Both the position numbers and the translations under genes were made by a program. Of a stretch of 64,000 nt of DNA, positions 42,701-51,936 are shown piece by piece. The notes below the pieces were generated by a model that was not told where the DNA came from, ran no database searches, and saw only the letters and a list, made by a program, of their open reading frames with translations. The stretch is from Bugula neritina (Eukaryota; Animalia; Bryozoa): the NCBI GenBank assembly GCA_964035545.1, contig OZ037768.1:23035319-23099318 (forward strand), in the 5' to 3' direction. How positions within the stretch are numbered: the first letter of the stretch is position 1; the number at the start of each line of letters is the position of its first letter.

Positions 42701-45700
42701 TTTTATAAAACTTCAAGTTCCTTTGGAAATGCTTAATCAAAAAATTAATAAAAGTTGTGGCCTTTCTCTAGGGCGAAGATCAGAACAATATCCAAGACTC
42801 TTACATCAATTCGAATAAAAGTAGATCGAACACTCAAATTAGCATCAAAACCTATGATGTAGCTCTTGATAAATACCTTGAAGCATGTACCATTGTGGGG
42901 GACACAACTCTAAATAAAATGTAGTGGAAGAAAAATGTGTAAAGGTTTTATTATAAATCATATAAAGATAAACTAACTGAATCCTGTAGAGTAGACACTG
43001 TTTCTCCATCCACCACCACAGTTCTTTGTATCATCTCCAGTACATTTCTTATTACAATCACTTTCACTCACCTTACCATATTTATTATACGTATCACCAC
43101 AGAAACACTGATTACCATTCTGTACTCCAGCATACTTGAATCCTGAAACAACACAGTTACTATCAGTTTACGGAAACTCACTCATAATCAGTAACTGACA
43201 GGATGAGTTCAACTACTCGCAGCACTCATAACACTCATAGGAGACACACCTTGTTCAGTACACTTGGCTACACAGTTTGCTGGAGTATTACTCTGTAGTT
43301 GAGCTTGTTGATTAAGTATGTCTCTAGAAGACTCATCTTTATAACATCCCAAATAGTTGAGAGTTTCTGCACCTGAAACAGGAGATAGAAATTCTAATAT
43401 TATTTATGTAGGTTCATTTCAATAACCGGCTAAAGCCACGCTTGTGTGCGAGAGAACTACAATTATTCTTTTCATTAGGACTATTGAAAATTAAAAATAA
43501 AAAGAATGCCTTACTGTTATCAGCACAAATATAAATCAAATTACTGTCGAGGTTTTATAGTAAAAATTATTTATGCCAAGATAATTTTTATGGAAAACAA
43601 TTTGTTTTAATTCTATAATTCAAGAATTAAATAAATTTGAAGAACCAAACAAAATATTCAAAAAACAATATCCACTGATGAACCAAGTTAAGCGAATCAA
43701 TGCGAAGATTTCAAGTTTGAAATTTCATGGAGCATATATAATCAGAGCTATGTTGAGAAATTGGACTCTTCTAGTCAGCTACTTCATATATGACATTGTT
43801 GAACTATCGAAATAGGTTATTTTAATGGAAGAACTTTTAGGTTTAGACATTCTAAAGAAGAATTATGGGTGTATTATGTTTTCTTCTAACGCAATCCAAA
43901 ACTTTGACCACAAAATATTAGCTAGTTCAATTTTAGATAAAAATTCATGGAAAAAGTTGAATTGAAATTCAGATGAAAATTTAAAAAGCACACAGCTAAG
44001 TTATGCTTTACAATAAAGACATACCAAGTCTTGTACAGCTTGAAAAATTCAAATTTTTCAATTACCGTACGACATCTATATAAATTTCAATTTTGAAATT
44101 TGATTTTTGAATAAACACAGAGTGAGCATACCAAGTCCTGTAGAGTAGATGGCATTTCTCCAGGAACCACCACATTTCTCATCACCATTTCCAGTACAAT
44201 TCATATTACACTCAGTAACAGGTTTCTCTCCGTGTTTGCCGTAATCATTACCACAGAAACAAGTTCTGGCAAATTGTAGACCAAAATACTTGAACCCTGA
44301 AATATCAACAGAAACATGTAGAAAAATCAACCAAATTATAATAAAAACAAGTTGAATCTTGTAAAACTTATAAACTCACCTTTTCCTTTACATAACTTGG
44401 TACACTCTTCAATACTGTTAGTACTGGCAAGAACATTTCTATCCTCTAAATCTCTGTCACCAGAATCCTCAAAACATCCCATAAACTGAACACCACTAGG
44501 TTCTGGTTCTACACAGAGAATAACAACAAAATTAAATCGAAGGTTGATTTTATAAAACTTCAAGTTCCTTTGGAAATGCTTAATCAAAAAATTAATAAAA
44601 GTTGTGGCCTTTCTCCAGGGCGAAGATCAGAACAAAATACAAGACTCTTACATCAATTCGAATAAAAGTAGATCAAGCACTCAAGTTAGCATCGAAATCT
44701 ATGATGTAGCATTTGATAGATACTTTAAAGCATGTACCATTGTGGGGGACACAACTCTTAAGTAAAATGTAGTGGAAGAAAAATGTGTAAAGGTTTTATT
44801 GCACATCACATAAAGATAAACTAACTGAATCCTGTAGAGTAGACACTGTTTCTCCATCCACCACCACAGTTCTTTGTATCATCTCCAGTACATTTCTTAT
44901 TACAATCACTTTCACTCATCTTACCATATTTATTATACGTATCACCACAGAAACACTGATTACCATTCTGTACTCCAGCATACTTGAATCCTGAAACAAC
45001 ACAGTTACTATCAGTTTACGGAAACTCACTCGTAATCAGTAACTGACGGGATGAGTTCAACTACTCGCAGCACTCATAACACTGATAGGAGACACACCTT
45101 GTTCAGTACACTTGGCTACACAGTTTGCTGGAGTATTACTCTGTAGTTGAGCTTGTTGATTAAGTATGTCTCTAGAAGACTTGTCTTTATAACATCCCAG
45201 ATAGTTGAGAGTTTCTACAGCTAAAAATATGAAATTGAAATCAATAAATGTAACCAGCGTAACATAATTATAACAACACATTCTCCTAATTGCATTGAAA
45301 AATACTACAATACTGTATCCGAAAGAAATCAACATCAAATTAAAACTTTTTGATTTTGAGCAAAAGATTTATTAACAAAATAAGTCGTATGGAAACCTCA
45401 ACAAACTATTGCTAAAAGTTCACAATATTTATATTTAGCTTTAGTAACCGTAAACAGTGGTATGTCGAGTTTTAATAATTTTGGTTCTTCTTTTCCAAGT
45501 ATATTATATCTTTTCAATAGTATCATTATATTCATAATTTTATGCAGACATTAACATAAATAATATAGTAAAATATTTCGCTATTTAGTAATCTATATTT
45601 GACAGTCATTTGATTATTATAGTTTTTTATTCAGTAATTATGTATTTTCCCAACAAATTAACATTCTCATCTATTTTATAAGTGCAATTGTTATTTTTAT

Positions 45701-47398
45701 ATCAATAATAATTAATTCCAATTATTTGAAAATAACGAATATTACCTAATATTGAGATAAACACAGAAACAATTGAATTGAAAAGAATTTAAACAAAAAC
45801 AGAAAAGAAGAAACTTTTTAGTGAGATTCTAAACCCACACATAAAACCAAACTTCATCAGAGAAATTTTTGAGCTTGAGCCCTTCAAATTTTTCAATTAC
45901 GACATCTATATAAATGTCAATTTTTAAATTGGATGTTTGAATAAACACAGAGTAAACATACCAAGTCCTGTAGAGTAGATGGCATTTCTCCAGGAACCAC
46001 CACATTTCTCATCACCATTTCCAGTACAATTCATATTACACTCAGTAACAGGTTTCTCTCCGTGTTTGCCGTAATCATTACCACAGAAACAAGTTTTGGC
46101 AAATTGTAGACCAAAATACTTGAACCCTGAAATATCAACAGAAACGTGTAGAAAAAACAACCAAATTATAATAAAAACAAGTTGAATCTTGTAAAATTTA
46201 TAAAATCACCTTTTCCTTTACATAACTTGGTACACTCTTCAATACTGTTAGTACTGGCAAGAACATTTCTATCCTCTAAATCTCTGTCACCAGAATCCTC
46301 AAAACATCCCATAAACTGGACACCATTAGGCTCTGGTTCTACACAGAGAATAACAGTTCATCTAAGTATAAAGTTTTATAAGCAAATCTGATGTATTGTT
46401 TCGAATAAAAGGTTAATTGGAATTATTAATTTTATTTTATTGAACATTAATCATCTGATATTGATATTCATTGCATAGTTTGAAATTTACATAAACAGCC
46501 AAACGCTGAAAATTTTGTGAGGCATCTCTTAATAGAGTAAAGGATGTACCATTGTAGGGAACACAACTTTCAAATCAAATGAAGTAGAATAAACAGGTGA
46601 GATTAAACTTTTATTGCACATCACATAAAGATAAACTAACTGAGTCCTGTAGAGTAGACGCTGTTTCTCCATCCACCACCACAGTTCTTTGTATCATCTC
46701 CAGTACATTTCTTATTACAATCACTTTCACTCACCTTACCATATTTATTATACGTATCACCACAGAAACACTGATTACCATTCTGTACTCCAGCATACTT
46801 GAATCCTGAAACAACACAGTTACTATCAGTTTACGGAAACTCACTCATAATCAGTAACTGACGGGATGAGTTCAACTACTCGCAGCACTCATAACACTCA
46901 TAGGAGACACACCTTGTTCAGTACACTTGGCTACACAGTTTGCTGGAGTATTACTCTGTAGTTGAGCTTGTTGATTAAGTATGTCTCTAGAAGACTTGTC
47001 TTTATAACATCCCAGATAGTTGAGAGTTTCTGCAGCTGAAATTAGATATCAAAGTAAATTACAGTTATGCTGTAGCTATTCCAACTAGTTCCAATTCTTT
47101 CTACAAAATATTTCTGCCCAACTAATATACTTAAACTAAAGTTTCTTATTAACTTATCCAACATCACTTCTATGTCACAGCTTTCATTATCAAAACACTC
47201 CTAAAGTTTTTAGTAAAAGTTAACTGACAAAAATTCTATGAAACAAGAAACTTATCAATCTAGATGTCTTTTCAACTAATGCAGAGAGTAGACGTTGAAT
47301 CAACTAAATATAGAGATATCTAAATGGTGTTACTAATAATACAACATACCTGCAGCGGCATAGCCCAAGACCAGAAAGAGCTGAAGAACGCTAATCAT
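473..47398 (-). CDS. Gene B (multi-exon, 3'-incomplete): giant secreted SP-WSC(23)-ShKT(2)-VWD-C8-TIL-EGF(~40)-follistatin/Kazal protein
   Basis: About 90 exons with GT/AG boundaries, mostly phase 1, chain in frame at the junctions I checked from ATG 47398 to the exon ending at 473. No stop codon is reached, so the gene continues past the left edge. Confidence 0.88.
827..18204 (-). CDS. Gene B block of about 39-40 EGF / calcium-binding EGF domains (fibrillin-like rod)
   Basis: About 34 exons, most with D[IV][DN]EC...C.N..G.Y.C.C..GY...G..C. Examples: 827-945, 4781-4909, 6472-6594, 9981-10109, 15910-16164, 18098-18204 (some ends approximate). Confidence 0.93.
3241..3447. repeat. About 40-bp minisatellite x5 containing the splice acceptor
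   Basis: gctataaatagtaacaacatgtctaatagtcattgtata units at 3241, 3281, 3320, 3361, 3400. Confidence 0.9.
5209..5306. repeat. 30-bp minisatellite x3 containing the donor core GTAAGT
   Basis: acttactcctactaatgtacagtcagctac repeats. Confidence 0.85.
10407..10983. repeat. 13-bp satellite (GTATACAGTGAGA)n, about 44 copies
   Basis: Directly visible; the source of the spurious [13 protein letters not shown] ORFs. Confidence 0.97.
12215..12857. repeat. 16-bp AT-rich satellite (CTATATATTACTAYA[C/A]-like)
   Basis: Directly visible; ends about 10 nt from a donor site. Confidence 0.93.
14824..15022. repeat. 25-bp minisatellite, about 8 copies, made of an acceptor plus the exon start
   Basis: Minus-strand unit ATATTTATAG|ATATAGAYGAGTGTG. 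Confidence 0.9.
17030..17322. repeat. 21-23-bp minisatellite, about 13 copies
   Basis: acactgtataacctgaggtcatt variants next to a donor. Confidence 0.92.
17960..18085. repeat. 48-bp tandem repeat, about 2.5 copies
   Basis: tattatattactactgtattacactgtattactatattcctg-containing unit. Confidence 0.8.
18915..19644 (-). CDS. Gene B TIL domain and following Cys-rich (TILa/EGF-like) linker; exons 19415-19644 and 18915-19077
   Basis: [18 protein letters not shown]...C...[20 protein letters not shown] matches the TIL pattern and directly follows C8. Confidence 0.82.
20020..20692 (-). CDS. Gene B VWD C-terminus and C8 domain; exons 20504-20692 and 20020-20200
   Basis: WGNSW...C...[25 protein letters not shown]...[12 protein letters not shown]...HRSPNLCP matches the C8 pattern. 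Confidence 0.82.
21040..22782 (-). CDS. Gene B von Willebrand factor type D domain; exons 22550-22782, 21853-21960, 21040-21222
   Basis: [28 protein letters not shown] at the start and [16 protein letters not shown] near the end are VWD signatures; exon phases are compatible. Confidence 0.92.
23451..24400 (-). CDS. Gene B two ShKT-like domains; exons 24334-24400, 23783-23838, 23451-23579
   Basis: [34 protein letters not shown] and [35 protein letters not shown] show the 6-Cys ShKT pattern ending C..TC..C. Confidence 0.82.
24050..24253. repeat. (GAGT)n microsatellite
   Basis: Directly visible. Confidence 0.97.
24705..27363 (-). CDS. Gene B three diverged WSC domains (six half-domain exons)
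   Basis: [13 protein letters not shown].../[12 protein letters not shown]; [13 protein letters not shown].../[13 protein letters not shown]; [13 protein letters not shown].../[13 protein letters not shown]...[10 protein letters not shown]. Confidence 0.9.
28099..47035 (-). CDS. Gene B array of 10 tandem units (about 1.6-2.6 kb), each of 4 exons encoding two WSC domains (types A and B): 20 WSC
   Basis: A: [14 protein letters not shown]...CTEQG|[15 protein letters not shown]...[15 protein letters not shown]: [13 protein letters not shown]...CKGKG|[15 protein letters not shown]...[14 protein letters not shown]. The last exon of each unit ends near 28099, 30102, 31969, 34016, 35626, 37606, 40240, 42285, 44132 and 45962. 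Confidence 0.95.
38563..39285 (+). mobile_element. 5'-truncated non-LTR retrotransposon (CR1/L2-group LINE; RT C-terminus, 3' UTR, tail), antisense to gene B
   Basis: NLNWSLHI...[18 protein letters not shown]...[15 protein letters not shown] resembles the post-RT thumb region of CR1/L2/Crack ORF2. Stop at 39112, AATAAA at 39259, (CAAA)n tail. Boundaries come from the empty site in the nine sister units. Confidence 0.9.
47350..47398 (-). CDS. Gene B first coding exon: signal peptide [16 protein letters not shown]
   Basis: 49-nt phase-1 exon with a hydrophobic core, A-x-A end and G|GTATGT donor; in frame with the first WSC exon. Too short for the ORF track. Confidence 0.88.
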
Positions 47399-47440
47399 GA
47401 TTAGAGAGAATACACAGAGCCGTAGCTCTCACCACACATC

Positions 47441-47476
47441 GACTGAGTTACAGTTAGCCCTTGTTGTGTTTATATA
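47441..47476 (-). promoter_or_regulatory. Core promoter of gene B: TATA box (TATATAAA, 47469-47476) and initiator (TCAGTC, 47441-47446)
   Basis: TATAAA begins 30 nt upstream of the A of TCAGTC (47444), the canonical spacing; predicts a 5' UTR of about 46 nt. Confidence 0.75.
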
Positions 47477-48087
47477 CGGACATGGCGATGTCTACTCGAC
47501 AAACATGACACGAAGTCAAGGATCCTAACGAAAATCGGTAGCAGCTTGCTTTGATAAGTTAATTAGCACTTTTCAGCTCTCATAATGAAGATTTGAACAC
47601 GAGTTCTTATATCTAGACATCTTGTTCAAGTTAATTTGTTTTGGATGGTAAATTTTCTGGAAATATCGAAATGTTACCTTAAAACCCAAACCCCTCAGTT
47701 GTATTTTCATATTATCCTATTCTATTATAACATTAAAAATATATGTCATTTTTAAACATCTCGTGTAGTTAGATGGAAATTGAGTTGGCTATGCAAAACC
47801 CCGTTACCAAAAAGGACTAAAGCAAATATGCTGAGAAACAGTGAGAATAAACATCTTGGGTATCAATGCATTAATGTGAAGTGTTCGCATATTCACTTAC
47901 AGCAAGTATTCTGTACAACATATTAACAATATCTATACATGTAGTACAAAAAATTTATAGATACTAGGCTATCATGTGTAGACCATCCATATATATATAA
48001 TCAACTTATCATATGCTAAATCAAAATACACACACATGCATGGAATACAAGTATATTACTACTTTTATATATTACTTGCTATATAGG

Positions 48088-48166
<79 letters not shown>
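48088..48166. repeat. (TA)n microsatellite
   Basis: Directly visible, between genes A and B. Confidence 0.97.
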
Positions 48167-48167
<1 letters not shown>

Positions 48168-48807
48168 TATTGCTAAATCTATCAGAAAAACACACTAATT
48201 TGCTGCTTTAGGTTGGTGCTAGCTAGCCATTAGCCCGTACACGTGTAGACAAAGTCAAGTGTCTCTCACAGTAGATACTGCTGCCACTTAGCGGCAGCTG
48301 AGGTAGTGACTGCCACTTCTAAAGACTTGTCACAGATTTAGTATATCCAGGCACCGTCTGCTTACACCCGGAGCAGTGTTCAGATGCCTTACACAATATA
48401 ACTACAGACAGCTAGTTGCTACAGCAATTCGTCTGTGGTATACGAAACCCTAACTACACACTGTCTACAGATAAGATGTTTAGAAAAATTTTAAATCACT
48501 TTATAAGTTGAGGACAAGCTCTGTAAAGTCAAATCATATAAACTCAAAATAATTTCACTCAGATTGTTCTTGTATAACTCAAAAAGCTCACATCTATAAG
48601 TGCAGCTTAAGTTTTTAAGACATAACGAGTAAAATGTGAAAAACAGTACTTAATTGCTAAACTCTATGTATGCAATAAGTGACAGCATGAAACATTTACC
48701 AGATTCTACTAAACAATAAGTTGGCTAGAAATACCTCCCTACAGAGTTTCTAGCTGCACGCACAAAGTTCAAGAGTTTTTATATTGTCGATTCTTAGACA
48801 CCGGTAC

Positions 48808-49526
48808 TTAAGTCTTTTTGACACAGTGGCAAGAGGAGGGGGTCTTGACCTAAAACAGTAAAAAAGTCAGTATATAAGAATATCAAATCCATATATTAAT
48901 AACTCAATTTGCTAAAAGCTACAATTCTTGTAAGAAACTATCATTTTATTTCTATGAGCTAAGAACTTCCGAGAAGCAATGCAGGCGAGATGGCTCTTCC
49001 AACATCACTGATAATGTTTACAAGGTTTTATTCACAGGCAACTTTTACTAACCAGGCACTGTTTACTCTCACAATAATACATGTCTAGACTTTACCAAGA
49101 TAGGAAAAATCCAGCCTTCATGGAAACTGCAATTTTCATTACCAAAACTACTTTCAAACTTGTCATTTGATCAAAATTATTAAGAATAAAAAACCTTTAT
49201 TTTTATTCAAATTTTTAAATAAATAAATTCTTTAACAAGAAGTGAAACTGTGGACATATGATATATTGGTCTGTATGATAGACAGATGAGAAAGCCAGGT
49301 AGATAAATGTGTCAAACTCTAACCTGCTCCAAATATCTGATGTCATCACACTGAGTAGGTACAGTGACACTAGTATACTCCAGAGGCTCACAGCAGGTGC
49401 CTGTCACGTTGCCACAGGTGCCTGCGCACTCTCTCAATGACACATGGTACTTGCTGGGGCATCCATTGACTGTTATCCTTTCAAACTTGGGTTTGAGTTG
49501 GCAATGGCTTTCAATTCCAGGCTCAT
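48808..49526 (-). CDS. Gene A C-terminal cystine knot; exons 49324-49526 and 48808-48849 (absent from the ORF track)
   Basis: CQLKPKFERITVNGCPSKYHVSLRECAGTCGNVTGTCCEPLEYTSVTVPTQCDDIRYLEQ|VKTPSSCHC shows CxGxC, CCxP and CxC. Confidence 0.85.
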
Positions 49527-51900
49527 CTGTATTACAGCAACAATTATTTTAACCAAGAACGCAAAAATCTACATTATGTGCAGGTCTCTGTATAAGCACA
49601 GGTGCCTAAAAATCATTAAACATATGAGGTGTATATCAATCTCTAAAGTGAGGTAATTCACTACAATTAAACAATGTTATGTATAATAAAATGTTTAAAA
49701 AGCAGATAATATAATTTTTATTCAATGCTATGAATTATCTTGAAACCTATTTAAAAATAAAAATTATAAAATTTTAAATAACCAAAATAATATGTACAGG
49801 ACATAACCTTCATTCATATATACTGCATTCTAGCTAATATACAGCATAGGCATGACATGCATCACATTGCTAATATACACATCAGTGTCTCCTGCCAATG
49901 CAGGTGCCCCTGTCAATGCAGGTGGTCTCTGTCAATGCAGGTGCCCCTGTCAATGCAGGTGGACCCATGAAACACGTACCAATGCAAGTGCCCTCATACA
50001 GAACAGTGTGTGGGATAGAGTAGAGACAGGATATCCTCCTAAGCATACACTTGTTATAGAATGTTCTAGGTGACTGGTTGTACAGCAGACCACACACATT
50101 GTCCTTCTGCAACTTCTTACAGCCTACAGGGCACTCACAGTATGGGAGATTAGCTTGGCTGACGTGACAATCCGCCCCTGGTCTCGCACACGTGTAGTTC
50201 AAACACCTCTCTAGAAATTCCAAACTCAGTAATGTATTAGTGAGTGAGTGAGTGAGTGAGTGAGTGAGTGAGTGAGTGAGTGAGTGAGTGTGAGAGTAAG
50301 TGAGTGGGTGTGAGTGAGTGAGTGAGTGAATGAGTGAGTGAGTGAGTGAGTGAGTGAGTGTGAGTGAGTGAGCGAGTATGATAGTGAGTGAGTGAGTGAG
50401 TGAAGATTAGGATGTTATGTAAATAGATTAAATCATTACAATTATTACTAGTCCCAAAAATTCTATATTTTTAACACACATTCTATTGTATATAAACTTT
50501 CTAAATAAAAAACATACAAGGATAATATAATCTGGAGACACAGGGATAGGGTACTATAAAATGAGGACATGAAGAGAGGATACATACCCTCAAGACATGG
50601 GGAGAGAGAACAAGGGATGATGTCTTCCAGTTTAGGCTGAGAATACTCCAAGTCCAGAAGAGGGTTCAATATCTGTCTGTGTCTAGTCTGAATACCATTG
50701 CCACAGGTAACACTGCATTCTCCCAACTCGGACCACTCTCCCAAGACTGGACCTGCATAACACAACCTGCTGCATGTATTGAATAGCCAAAATGTATAGT
50801 AATAACATCGATAAAGTAGTGCGTATATGACCCCCAATAGCAACAAAGTTTAATTCTATGAATGTTATTAGATGTAGTATTTATTATGTATTTTTAGCAA
50901 CATCCTAAAACAATCATCATAAAATAAAATGTAGCATTTAAAAGGATTCAAGTAAATTGCAGACGTCCTCACCTATAAACTGCAGACGTACTCACCTGTA
51001 ACGCAGACGTACTCACCTATAACGCAAGCTGTCTCCTTCTCCATGACTTCATGACGTCTGTTCAGACAAGCATGAGTGATCAAAGCACAGTACGACTCGT
51101 ATGTAATGGCCAGGGAACTACAAACCGGGCCGATTTTTCTATCTGAGTCGGCACAGACAGGGCACCGACACACCGGGCCGTTAGACTCTAAGCTACACTC
51201 CTCATAGCTCTCACAGTAAACTTTATCACACGTTTCTAAAGAATTTATTCTGATACAAATGCATGTCAATGCAAAAAAATGTCTAAGCTCTGACAAGACT
51301 GAGTGCTACTGTTTTGCAACCATAAATATTCCGTCTAAATGCCTAAAAACCATCACTTTTATACATTGAAAAACTGAAAAGATGAAACAAGCTTATTAAC
51401 AATGTGAAAACACTTAAAAAACTGCAAGTTTCAAATTTTAGGTTAAGGAAAATTAAAAGGACTGGTGTGATCTCTTTCTATTAAGCTCAACAGTGGTTGG
51501 CTATTGAATTTTGTAGTAAACAAATTGCTAAACATTTCAACAACGTTCAAACCCTCAGCACCTAGTCTTAGTTAGACAGTTGAAGATAATAACACCGTAT
51601 ATTACCTTGACACTTGCCCCAGTACGCCTTTTCCACATCAAATAGCTGCATCTGACACCGGGCTATATCAAAGTCTTTGTACGAGAGGTAAGTCACACCA
51701 TCCGTACCGCAGAATTCACCAGGAATTCGGCAATTATTCCCTCGGCATGTGCATTCACACACAGCCTCAGTTCCAAACACTCTGCACTTCTGGCCCAAGT
51801 AAGGACACGTCTCCAGTGTGCATATAGCTAAAACATGGAACACATGCTACAAGTGATACTAAGCATATAAATATATATGTTCGTGCGAATATGTTTATAA

Positions 51901-51936
<36 letters not shown>

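Noticed and set aside
30323-46809. Recurrent plus-strand and alternative-frame ORFs ([11 protein letters not shown]..., MRLNFYCTS..., [10 protein letters not shown]...)
   Set aside because: Antisense or shifted-frame shadows of WSC exons, repeated only because the exons are repeated.
28099-47035. CRISPR-like repeat/spacer appearance
   Set aside because: The repeats are spliceosomal exons and the spacers are introns; eukaryotic DNA with no cas genes.
48190-48735. Possible 3' UTR intron/exon and poly(A) site of gene A
   Set aside because: Donor- and acceptor-like sites exist (~48734, ~48465), but I found no clear AATAAA and no further support.
47399-49323. A and B as one continuous gene
   Set aside because: A ends in a cystine knot and TAA; B has its own TATA/Inr, ATG and signal peptide.
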